34,523 nucleotides of DNA from a virus (lineage: Duplodnaviria; Caudoviricetes): positions 1 to 34,523 of the IMG/VR virus record IMGVR_UViG_3300017940_000127. One strand, 5' to 3'. A model generated the notes under the pieces. The model was not told the origin of the DNA and did not search any database. It saw only the letters and a program-made list of their open reading frames with translations. Positions 24,425 to 32,434 of this stretch are shown here, one piece after another. How positions within the stretch are numbered: the first letter of the stretch is position 1; each line of letters begins with the position of its first letter. Both the position numbers and the translations under genes were made by a program.

Positions 24425-25135
24425 ATCAACACGCTACTCGATGTGAAGGCTCGCGTGCGGTCGCTCATTGGCGACCCAGACGCCGATTTTGCGACCGACG
24501 CCTATTTACTGCCTCTCATCAATCAGGCACTGGACCGGGCCGTGAACTATTTGGAAGGCACGTGCTCTCCCTTCATCACACAGCTCCAGGTGGCGACCAA
24601 CATCCCGCTCGGGACTTCCGACCTCACCGAACAGCAGAAGCCAGGCCAGCCTTTCTATGGCTTGGTGAATCCTCTGGACCTTGAGGTGAAGCAGACCGGA
24701 CTGCCGGAGTTGAACTACGTCATGGGCAGGCGATACGACATTCTGCCCAACAGCACAAACTACGCTCCGGGCAATCCGGCGATGAACTTCTGGGGAAAAT
24801 TTGGGTGGGAGTGGAGGAGTTACGTGATCTACATAACTCCTCTCGCCTTCCCGTTCGACATCCGAATCCGCGGCGAATTTCGGCCACCGGCACTCGTCAA
24901 GGATTCGGACATCATCACCATCCATCCGCAGATGGTGGCGGCGCTCTCGTTCATGACGGCCGCACTGATCGGCGGAGAGCGGATCAACGCGAGCTACGTG
25001 CAGAACTACGGACAGCAGGCGACCGAGACGTTGGACGACATTTCGGCAACACTCGTGCGCCAGCAGCAAGGCACTTCCAGCAGAGTAGGACGAATGGGAC
25101 GCGGCAACCGTGGTGGGCGTCGCGGGCAGTGGTAA
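24425..25135 (+). CDS. Head-tail adaptor / tail tubular protein A-like; probable ATC start
   Basis: (M)NTLLDVKARVRSLIGD...LLPLINQA pattern typical of adaptors; GGAGGT 4 nt before ATC; GTG 24443 lacks an SD. Confidence 0.7.
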   Translation: MNTLLDVKARVRSLIGDPDADFATDAYLLPLINQALDRAVNYLEGTCSPFITQLQVATNIPLGTSDLTEQQKPGQPFYGLVNPLDLEVKQTGLPELNYVMGRRYDILPNSTNYAPGNPAMNFWGKFGWEWRSYVIYITPLAFPFDIRIRGEFRPPALVKDSDIITIHPQMVAALSFMTAALIGGERINASYVQNYGQQATETLDDISATLVRQQQGTSSRVGRMGRGNRGGRRGQW

Positions 25136-25165
25136 ACCAAAAACCAAATCAAGGAGAAGACTCTC

Positions 25166-25525
25166 ATGGGAATCAAGTTTCAGGTTCTGAAATACGTCCC
25201 GAGCATTGGCGCTCCGGATGCGGTTCTACTCAACTCGGTGATGAGCGGCAACTATGTCCCCGGGCAGGGCGGAACGACTGTCGATCTCAACCCAGGCACG
25301 TTCTCTGACCCCAACAGTGTTGGCGTTCTCGGCGAGCCGCTGAATCAGCCGACCACGCCTCCGTCAATCGAATCGTGTCAGTTGGCGGCCGGCGTGTACG
25401 CGCAACTCACGCCGGGTGCGACACTGGCGACGAACAAGATCAGCCTGTGGACCAACAACAATGCGGAACTGGGGAATACGGCCTATCCGGCGGGCACGCT
25501 TGTGGTGAAACTGCCACTCAGGTAG
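25166..25525 (+). CDS. Small virion protein (decoration-like)
   Basis: SD AAGGAG; 'GNYVPG.GG..VDL' and 'AEL...AYP' patterns. Confidence 0.6.
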   Translation: MGIKFQVLKYVPSIGAPDAVLLNSVMSGNYVPGQGGTTVDLNPGTFSDPNSVGVLGEPLNQPTTPPSIESCQLAAGVYAQLTPGATLATNKISLWTNNNAELGNTAYPAGTLVVKLPLR

Positions 25526-25534
25526 GGGTGAGTT

Positions 25535-28500
25535 ACGGCCAACTTTTTGGGGTCCGCGACCGTAATAAGTCGCATGTTAGGCATGGTCGATCAGGATGAC
25601 AGTAGCAACCTCCCTAGTGGTCTGTCTGCCCAGGTCCGCAACTGCTGCTTTGACTCTATGACTTCTGTTCGCACCCGCGACGGGATCAATACCACGATGC
25701 AGGGCGAGCATGAAAGCCCGATCACGGGCCTGATCGGGACGCTCTACACGCCGGAAACCGCTGCGCAGAACTTCCTCCAGGTGCCCACCATCTTCGACAT
25801 GACCGGCGCTCTTCAGTACGAGAGCCCAGTCGGCTCGGGCGAGATGGTTCCCTTCCCGCTAAATTCCACGTTCACGCCTCCAGCGAACGCCCACATGATC
25901 TCCGTGCAGACGGGGAACAAAATCTTTGCGGCGTTCTCCGATCTCAACGTGCCGCTGTCAAGCATGGCGGTGATCGATCCCCTAACAAAAGCCGTGTGGC
26001 CCTATGGCCTAAAGCCTTTCGGATGGGTTTGGACGGCCAACACCCCGGTTCTCGCGGGAGAGGTGTGCACGCCCACAGCGCCGAGCGGAAACGGCCATAC
26101 CTACCTCTGCACGCAGGCTGGAGTCACGGGGAACAACGAGCCGCTGCCTTGGCCGACCGCCGAAGAGGCGATCGTCAATGACGGGTCCGCAAAGTGGAAA
26201 GAGTACACGGCGGTCATGGCGAACCGGCTTTCCCCGCCTCCCGTGCCAGTGCTTGCGCTGGCCGGCGGTGGGACCATCGCAGCGACCCAGGACGTGTACG
26301 TCGTCATCACGCTGGTCAACACGATGGGCGAAAGCCTTCCCTCGACGCCGACGTTCATCGAAACTCTGGCGGCTTCCACAACGGTCAACGTGCCATTGCC
26401 AACGCTGACTCTCGGCTCTTTGCCTGGCTGGATGCAGGAACTCGGGGCCAGTTACATCCCGACCGGCTGCAACATCTATGCGGCCATTGTGGCTCACGGG
26501 TCATCGGCACCGCCACTGTCGACCTACCAAAAGGTCAACGTCGGCGTTCAGGCTCTTGGCTCGACTTACGGGATCACCGCCGCGGGAGCAGGCGTCGCCC
26601 CGCCATCGCTCTGCACTGCCCGCGTGGTTCCCGGCCAACTCCCCACGCCAGATGCGCAGGTTCAGATTCAGAGGATTCCGGTCGGCTCGACGGTTGCTCC
26701 GCCGAATGCTCCAGGGCTGGCACTTGCGGCCGGAATAGTCGCCATCCACCGCACCTTTTACGTGGCCCTAACGCTCGTCAATGCGGCTGGAGAAACAACT
26801 CCGGGGGCCATGGCCAACATCACCACGACTGGCAACAATCAAGGTGCGCAGGTATTTCTCGCAAGCAACTACGGCCCGACCGTCACAGGAGTAAATATCT
26901 ACGCGACAGATGTGGCCGAAGGCAGCGCTCCGCCTCTGGTTAGCTCTCTAAACTTTCAAGGAACCTTCGCTCTCGGATCGTCTCCGATCATTACCGGAGC
27001 TGGCGGAGGGGCAAATCCGCCATCTGCCAATACGGCCACTCTTCCAGGAGGACTCTTCCCTGCCGGCCGTGACATCTACGTCGCACAGACTTACAAAAAC
27101 AGCGCGGGCGAGACTACTCTCGGGCCGCTCAATTCAATCATCAATTCCAACGGCGACGATGCCGTGCTCGTCACAATCGCCGTGCCCCAGGACGAGAACA
27201 ACAACGACCTCTACACCATCGCCTCAGTGGGCATCTACGAAGCGGACGTGCCCACTGGAGATCCTGCGCCTCCATCGACAGCCTTCTCCCTCGTCGGCTA
27301 CTACCAGAACACGAATCAGCCGTTCATTCTTGAAACGGCCGCGGGCGCCAACCCTCCCATCGTGAATGGGACTGGACCGGGCGGGGCTATCGTGGCCGAC
27401 ACGGCGACTGGCGGGATCAACGGAACGCAGGGCTATCGTTACGCGGCCATCATGTACATGAACCAGAACTACACGGTCTCAGGGTTCACGGCCGCTTCGG
27501 TGATCCAGTACGACGTGGATGAGGATGGTTGGGAACTCGGAATCTTCAAGGTCGCAACTGGACCTGCGTATGTGCTCGGACGTGCAGTTGCGTTCAGCGT
27601 GGCTGATGGATCGAATGCTGGCCCGTTCTGGTGGATCGGCAATGTCAACCTACAGATCCCATCACAGAATTTCGTTTACCCCCAGACCTTTCTTTCGGAC
27701 ACGGTAAACCAGAGCTCGACGTTCTTTCTCGACAACGTAACGACCAACGGGACTTTCAACTTTACCGACGAGTATCTGACCAGTTCGAACAACGTCACCG
27801 ACAGGCTTGATGTGATCTGGCCGAATCAGGCGGTCCACTGCACCTACTGCCCGAGTGTCGATCGCATCTTCCAGGCTGGAGTTCCAGGCTACTACTCCGG
27901 CTGGTGGGTATCGCTCGCCGGCGATCCCGAGTCCTACTATTCGGACCTGAGTTACATCTCGGTTGGATCAGACGATGGCGAGCGCGCGTGGGGAACGATT
28001 GAGTATCGCGGCACGGTCTACGGACTCCGCGATAGGTCTGGGTACACCTTCACGGCGAATCCCAATAACCCGCAGACCTGGACAGCAACAAAACGGTGGA
28101 GCGAGCGCGGCCCGTGCGGTCCAAGAGCGTTCGATGCCTGCGGCGACTTCCTGATCTTCGTTCACAGGAGCGGAATCTATCGGTACACCGAGACGACGCC
28201 GGAGTTGGTGACCAAGGAGATTCCCTACTTCTGGAAGACGATCAACTGGCTCGCGGCCAACGTCATTTGCTGCAAGATCGACCAGGAGAAGCACGAAGTC
28301 CACATCCTCGTGCCGGTCGGAAACTCGACGGTGCCCAATCAGGAGGTTGTGCTCAACTATCTCGAGGGCTGGAATCAGCCGGTGCACTTCTCGACCTACT
28401 CTCAAAAAGAGATCGCCGTTGCCGAGGTGCGGAAGTTCTCGATCAACGATGTGCAGGCTTTTGTTTGCGATCGCATCGAGCGCACGCTGCCAAACCCAAC

Positions 28501-29005
28501 TCCGTTCCCGCAGGGGCAGGCCGGCGTTCCGTTCCTCGATTCGAGCTACTTCACTTCTCAGTTTGTCTACGGATCGAGCGCGGCTGATGGGACGGTGCAG
28601 GCGGTGACGCCTGGAACGTTCTCCGACAATGGGGCGGGAATTGACTGCGTGTACGAAACCGTCTCGCCTGAAACCACGATGGCGCTCTCGAAGATCGAGG
28701 GGTTCACTTTGAACGCCCGAGGCAACGGAACGCTTTATCCCTACTTCCTGGCCGGTCGCACGATGGTGACGGGCAATGTCCCGCTTGGCCCAGTGAATCC
28801 GATGGTCATTCCGTGCAGGCCAATTCAACTCGACATCATGGAGAGCGAGGGGTTGAGCCGCATGGTGCCAAGCCGAATCTCGGAAAGATGGCGGATGAGG
28901 TTCAGCAATGGTAAGGTTCCGGGCGCGTGGTTTGCGCTCAAATGGCTGGCTATCTACTCGATCCCAATGTTCCAGGCCCGCGAGGAGAGTGAGTTAGGTG
29001 GCTGA
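25535..29005 (+). CDS. Tail nozzle / tail tubular protein B-like with inserted Ig-like repeats; probable ACG start
   Basis: Follows the adaptor; N-terminal GMVDQDD..LP.G...VRNC.FD....TRDG; propeller-like C-half (GPCGPRA..FLIFVHRSGIY); SD AGGGGTGA. Confidence 0.72.
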   Translation, partial: TANFLGSATVISRMLGMVDQDDSSNLPSGLSAQVRNCCFDSMTSVRTRDGINTTMQGEHESPITGLIGTLYTPETAAQNFLQVPTIFDMTGALQYESPVGSGEMVPFPLNSTFTPPANAHMISVQTGNKIFAAFSDLNVPLSSMAVIDPLTKAVWPYGLKPFGWVWTANTPVLAGEVCTPTAPSGNGHTYLCTQAGVTGNNEPLPWPTAEEAIVNDGSAKWKEYTAVMANRLSPPPVPVLALAGGGTIAATQDVYVVITLVNTMGESLPSTPTFIETLAASTTVNVPLPTLTLGSLPGWMQELGASYIPTGCNIYAAIVAHGSSAPPLSTYQKVNVGVQALGSTYGITAAGAGVAPPSLCTARVVPGQLPTPDAQVQIQRIPVGSTVAPPNAPGLALAAGIVAIHRTFYVALTLVNAAGETTPGAMANITTTGNNQGAQVFLASNYGPTVTGVNIYATDVAEGSAPPLVSSLNFQGTFALGSSPIITGAGGGANPPSANTATLPGGLFPAGRDIYVAQTYKNSAGETTLGPLNSIINSNGDDAVLVTIAVPQDENNNDLYTIASVGIYEADVPTGDPAPPSTAFSLVGYYQNTNQPFILETAAGANPPIVNGTGPGGAIVADTATGGINGTQGYRYAAIMYMNQNYTVSGFTAASVIQYDVDEDGWELGIFKVATGPAYVLGRAVAFSVADGSNAGPFWWIGNVNLQIPSQNFVYPQTFLSDTVNQSSTFFLDNVTTNGTFNFTDEYLTSSNNVTDRLDVIWPNQAVHCTYCPSVDRIFQAGVPGYYSGWWVSLAGDPESYYSDLSYISVGSDDGERAWGTIEYRGTVYGLRDRSGYTFTANPNNPQTWTATKRWSERGPCGPRAFDACGDFLIFVHRSGIYRYTETTPELVTKEIPYFWKTINWLAANVICCKIDQEKHEVHILVPVGNSTVPNQEVVLNYLEGWNQPVHFSTYSQKEIAVAEVRKFSINDVQAFVCDRIERTLPNPTPFPQGQAGVPFLDSSYFTSQFVYGSSAADGTVQAVTPGTFSDNGAGIDCVYETVSPETTMALSKIEGFTLNARGNGTLYPYFLAGRTMVTGNVPLGPVNPMVIPCRPIQLDIMESEGLSRMVPSRISERWRMRFSNGKVPGAWFALKWLAIYSIPMFQAREESELGG

Positions 29006-29807
29006 TAACAAGAGCCTGATCGAGTCGGCGTGCAAGGGGAACGTGAACGACCTGCGCACGCTGCTTCTCCAGTTCAACGATCAATTCGAGATCCACAACC
29101 AGGCCACGGGTACGAACTGGGTCAGCCCGACATCGGGAGTGCAAAAGCCGTCAACAACTCCGCCTCCCGCCGCGACAGCAGCCGCCTCGGGCGCGAATGG
29201 GACCATCGCCATCCAGATCACGAACCCGGCGCAAGCCGCCAAAGCGACGATCTATCACAGGATCAGATATTCCCCCGTGAAGAACTTCTCTCAAGGCGTG
29301 ACGGAGTTGCCGCCGTCTCCGGCGAGTACCGTCAGCATTCCCGCTCCCGGGGAGACGCACTTTATTGAACTCAGTTCCAGCTACGACGGATCGACATGGA
29401 ACGCTCCCCGGCTCATTCAGCAGACAGCGGTCGCCGCGGGGCTGCAGTCGAGCGCAGCGTGTGAGCCGGCCACGGTTCTGAACAACTGGAATTACGCGAA
29501 CGTCGTCGGTGAGGGATCAGCAGGCGTAGCGCCGGTCATCCGGGTTTACGGTCCCAACGGGCCGTACAGCGGATACACGGCTGGACGGGGAACGGCGCAG
29601 GTTAGCCGGCCATCGGCCACGATTCTCAATTACAGCTACAAGCAGAATCAGATTGTGGCGTTCGACGGCAAGCGGTTTCAACTGGCGTCTACTCTGCCGG
29701 GAGCGATGAAGGATTCATGGGAGCCGGTGGGACAAGCGGGAACACAGGAATCGCCAGGCGGCGGTGGGAACATGGGTGGAAACGGCGGGAGGCTGACCGC
29801 GATATGA
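28998..29807 (+). CDS. Probable tail-associated virion protein with FN3-like domain
   Basis: Overlaps the nozzle stop; short helical N-terminus followed by beta-rich domains. Confidence 0.6.
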   Translation: MADNKSLIESACKGNVNDLRTLLLQFNDQFEIHNQATGTNWVSPTSGVQKPSTTPPPAATAAASGANGTIAIQITNPAQAAKATIYHRIRYSPVKNFSQGVTELPPSPASTVSIPAPGETHFIELSSSYDGSTWNAPRLIQQTAVAAGLQSSAACEPATVLNNWNYANVVGEGSAGVAPVIRVYGPNGPYSGYTAGRGTAQVSRPSATILNYSYKQNQIVAFDGKRFQLASTLPGAMKDSWEPVGQAGTQESPGGGGNMGGNGGRLTAI

Positions 29808-30076
29808 GTTGGGATCTGAAGCACCACGAGTTCGACCACACGGTGCAGCGGCACTACGCCGTGCTGCACGATCCGGCGACGGGCGCGGAGCACCATCTGA
29901 TTATTCTCACCGGCCACGATGCGTGCCCAACCTGCGGACACGTGCAGCCAAAAACCAACACGGGCGAGATCGACTTCCAGGCGATTCTGAAAGAGGAACT
30001 GGCTGCGCTCGAAGCGAGCCATGCGCAGAGCGTGGCCTACGCGAAGAAGTTCAACGTTCCAAGGAAGGCGAAATGA
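29804..30076 (+). CDS. Small hypothetical protein with CPTCGH
   Basis: ATGA overlaps at both ends; MSWDLKHHEFDH... Confidence 0.65.
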   Translation: MSWDLKHHEFDHTVQRHYAVLHDPATGAEHHLIILTGHDACPTCGHVQPKTNTGEIDFQAILKEELAALEASHAQSVAYAKKFNVPRKAK

Positions 30077-30522
30077 GCAAGACCATCCTCCGGCTGGCCG
30101 AACCGCGCGACATGCCAGCGTTGCTGCACAAGCTGGCCGAGCAGAACCTCCGCGACAAGACGCGCTACCCGATGCCCGAGATATTCGACGAGGACGGTCG
30201 GCAGGCCGACAACGTGCCACTGGCCTATGTGATTGAGCATTGCGGAGAGGTTCTTGGGGGCACGACATTCGAGTCGAAGGGGCTCGAAATGATGTTGATC
30301 GGGATCGATCCTCGCGTAACAGCGACGATCGCGCGTGAGTCGCCCGGCATTCTCTTCACATTGAAGGCCATGGGCTTCAACTGGATTCGCTGTTTGGTCA
30401 CACGCTCGATTCTCAAAGCTGGCCGCCGAAAGGCCAAGGCCAACCCCGTAAGTGCCGCGATGAAAGCAGCAGGGTTCAGGCGCGACGATACACGATTCGC
30501 CAGTTTCTTCAGGGAGGTGTAA
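30073..30522 (+). CDS. GNAT-fold-like protein
   Basis: ILRLAEPRDMPAL...YVIEHCGEVLG...MKAAGFRR; usual position between tail and ejection genes. Confidence 0.55.
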   Translation: MSKTILRLAEPRDMPALLHKLAEQNLRDKTRYPMPEIFDEDGRQADNVPLAYVIEHCGEVLGGTTFESKGLEMMLIGIDPRVTATIARESPGILFTLKAMGFNWIRCLVTRSILKAGRRKAKANPVSAAMKAAGFRRDDTRFASFFREV

Positions 30523-30523
30523 G

Positions 30524-31096
30524 TTGTCGAGAGCCCAGGAATCTCAAGTCGAAGGCACGGCCACAAATCAGAACGCGGGCTATTACAACGATGCCCAAAA
30601 CTCCTATGCCGCTGCCCAGGGTGACGTCGAGGACTACAAGGACCAGCTCGCTAAGTACAAGGCGAGCAACCCCTACGTCCAGGGCGGCCAGTTCCAGACC
30701 ACAACAAATCAGATGCTGGCAGACACGGCGGACGCCGGCGCGCGCGCGGCCGGAGAGCGGCTGCAGAGTCAAGCCCTACGCACCGGGCAGAACAGCGCGG
30801 GCAGTGTAGCAGCGACCGAGCAGATGGAGCAGCAGGGCACGCGGACGCTATCGGCCGATGAGGCCAGAGCCAACCAGGAGCGGATCGTGGCTGGCGCGGG
30901 ATACGGCCGGAACGTGCTTCAGGCCACACAGGCACCAGCAGAGATGGAATCCCGGCTCGCCGGGCAGCAGGCCGAAGCCGCTGGAGGCGTGCTGAACACT
31001 GCACAGAAGGCCGGCGAAACGCCGTCTTGGTGGGATCAGTTTGGAGATGAAGCCGCGAAGGGGTTCGGACAAATGGTATTCGGACCGAAGGGATAG
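30524..31096 (+). CDS. Internal virion/ejection protein (small)
   Basis: TTG start 5 nt after GGAGGT; A/Q/G-rich helical sequence. Confidence 0.6.
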   Translation: MSRAQESQVEGTATNQNAGYYNDAQNSYAAAQGDVEDYKDQLAKYKASNPYVQGGQFQTTTNQMLADTADAGARAAGERLQSQALRTGQNSAGSVAATEQMEQQGTRTLSADEARANQERIVAGAGYGRNVLQATQAPAEMESRLAGQQAEAAGGVLNTAQKAGETPSWWDQFGDEAAKGFGQMVFGPKG

Positions 31097-31102
31097 GGGA
31101 GA

Positions 31103-32434
31103 GTGGCGACGATGGCAGGCGATCCAAGTCAATTTTTATCGGAAGACGAACAGTATGGCGCCATGCTGGGCCGGCTTCTCAACCCTCCCCCGGAGGCTGA
31201 GCAGCAGGTCGCACAGAATACGGCGCCAGCGGCTCCGGTCCAGAGACCTGCGCTCGCTCCCGCACAACCTGTGCCATCACCATCGCCAGCGGTGCCGCCA
31301 AAGCCAGCGACGCCGAACGCTGTCTCTCCGAACACGCCATCGTTCTACCAGCGCGGGCAACAGGGCGCACTGAACATGGCCGACCAGGACGCCCGAACGG
31401 TTACGGCGTTGGAGAACCAGCCGAACGCCGCGACTGAGAATAAGCTGCTCGAAGCGCAACGCGTCGCCCTGGCACAGCCTCTGAATCCTCAAGACCAAGG
31501 CTATCGCCCCGGAATCGGAACCAGAATCGCACGCGGACTGGCCGCGGCCCGCAAGGGTGGTATCGCCGGGGCCATTGACCCAACCGCAGTAGGAGCAACC
31601 GCTTACGGCGCACCCAACCGCCAATTCGACATCGACACCGCGCGCCGGCAAGCGCAGGCGACCGTCCTTCAGTCCGAAGAGGACCGCAACATCGCCAACG
31701 AGAAGGCAGAAAGCGAGCGGATCAAGGATGTCGGGACGGCGGCCGGCAGGGTTGGAACTGCCTACGGCGGTGTGGCCAGGGACGCCACGGCGCAGCAGAG
31801 CGCTGAGCAAAAGAGCCAATACGAAGGCCAGATCGCCGACCTTCGCCAGCAGCTCGCTAACCAAGGCGGCGTGCCCAAGACCTACGAGCAGGCCGTAATC
31901 GCCTCGCAGATCGATCCAGACCCGCAGAAGCGGCAGGGATACGCCGCCGCAGCGAAGCAAATCGCCTCCCAGGAAGTCAAGAGGTTCCAGTACGCCAACC
32001 GGGCGGTTGGAGGCGGCGAAGACGATCCCCGGCGCCAGCCGCTCATCGACGCTGCAACCGCACAGGTTGACAAGCTCAACACTTACGAGTGGGATCCTGA
32101 AGCCCAGAACGGCGCGGGCGGATTTTACGACCCGCACAGCGACGGGACAAAAACATACTCCCCGGCCGAGTTCACGGCGATGAAGAACGCGATCGCTACA
32201 AAGCTGGACGCGCAGCTTACCCAAAAGAAGATGCGCCCGCTCGGCGTCCGGTTTACCGTCGCGGCGACGACTCCCGGCGGCGCACCCGCCGCGGCACAGC
32301 CAGGCGCGCCAGCCGCTCCCGCGCAGACTGCGCCATCCGCCACGACGGTTACACAGGGCCAGGTCTACAAGGGATACAAGTACCTCGGCGGCGATAGGGC
32401 GAACCCGAAAAGCTGGCAGCAGGTCCAGCAGTAA
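31103..32434 (+). CDS. Internal virion/ejection protein (middle)
   Basis: A/Q-rich coiled coil; C-terminal GQVYKGYKYLGGDRANPKSW motif of a type seen in podovirus internal proteins. Confidence 0.6.
   Translation: MATMAGDPSQFLSEDEQYGAMLGRLLNPPPEAEQQVAQNTAPAAPVQRPALAPAQPVPSPSPAVPPKPATPNAVSPNTPSFYQRGQQGALNMADQDARTVTALENQPNAATENKLLEAQRVALAQPLNPQDQGYRPGIGTRIARGLAAARKGGIAGAIDPTAVGATAYGAPNRQFDIDTARRQAQATVLQSEEDRNIANEKAESERIKDVGTAAGRVGTAYGGVARDATAQQSAEQKSQYEGQIADLRQQLANQGGVPKTYEQAVIASQIDPDPQKRQGYAAAAKQIASQEVKRFQYANRAVGGGEDDPRRQPLIDAATAQVDKLNTYEWDPEAQNGAGGFYDPHSDGTKTYSPAEFTAMKNAIATKLDAQLTQKKMRPLGVRFTVAATTPGGAPAAAQPGAPAAPAQTAPSATTVTQGQVYKGYKYLGGDRANPKSWQQVQQ

Noticed and set aside
29809-30072. N-terminal extension of the 237-aa ORF
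   Set aside because: The region is occupied by the 29804-30076 gene; the true start is ATG 30073 (ATGA coupling)
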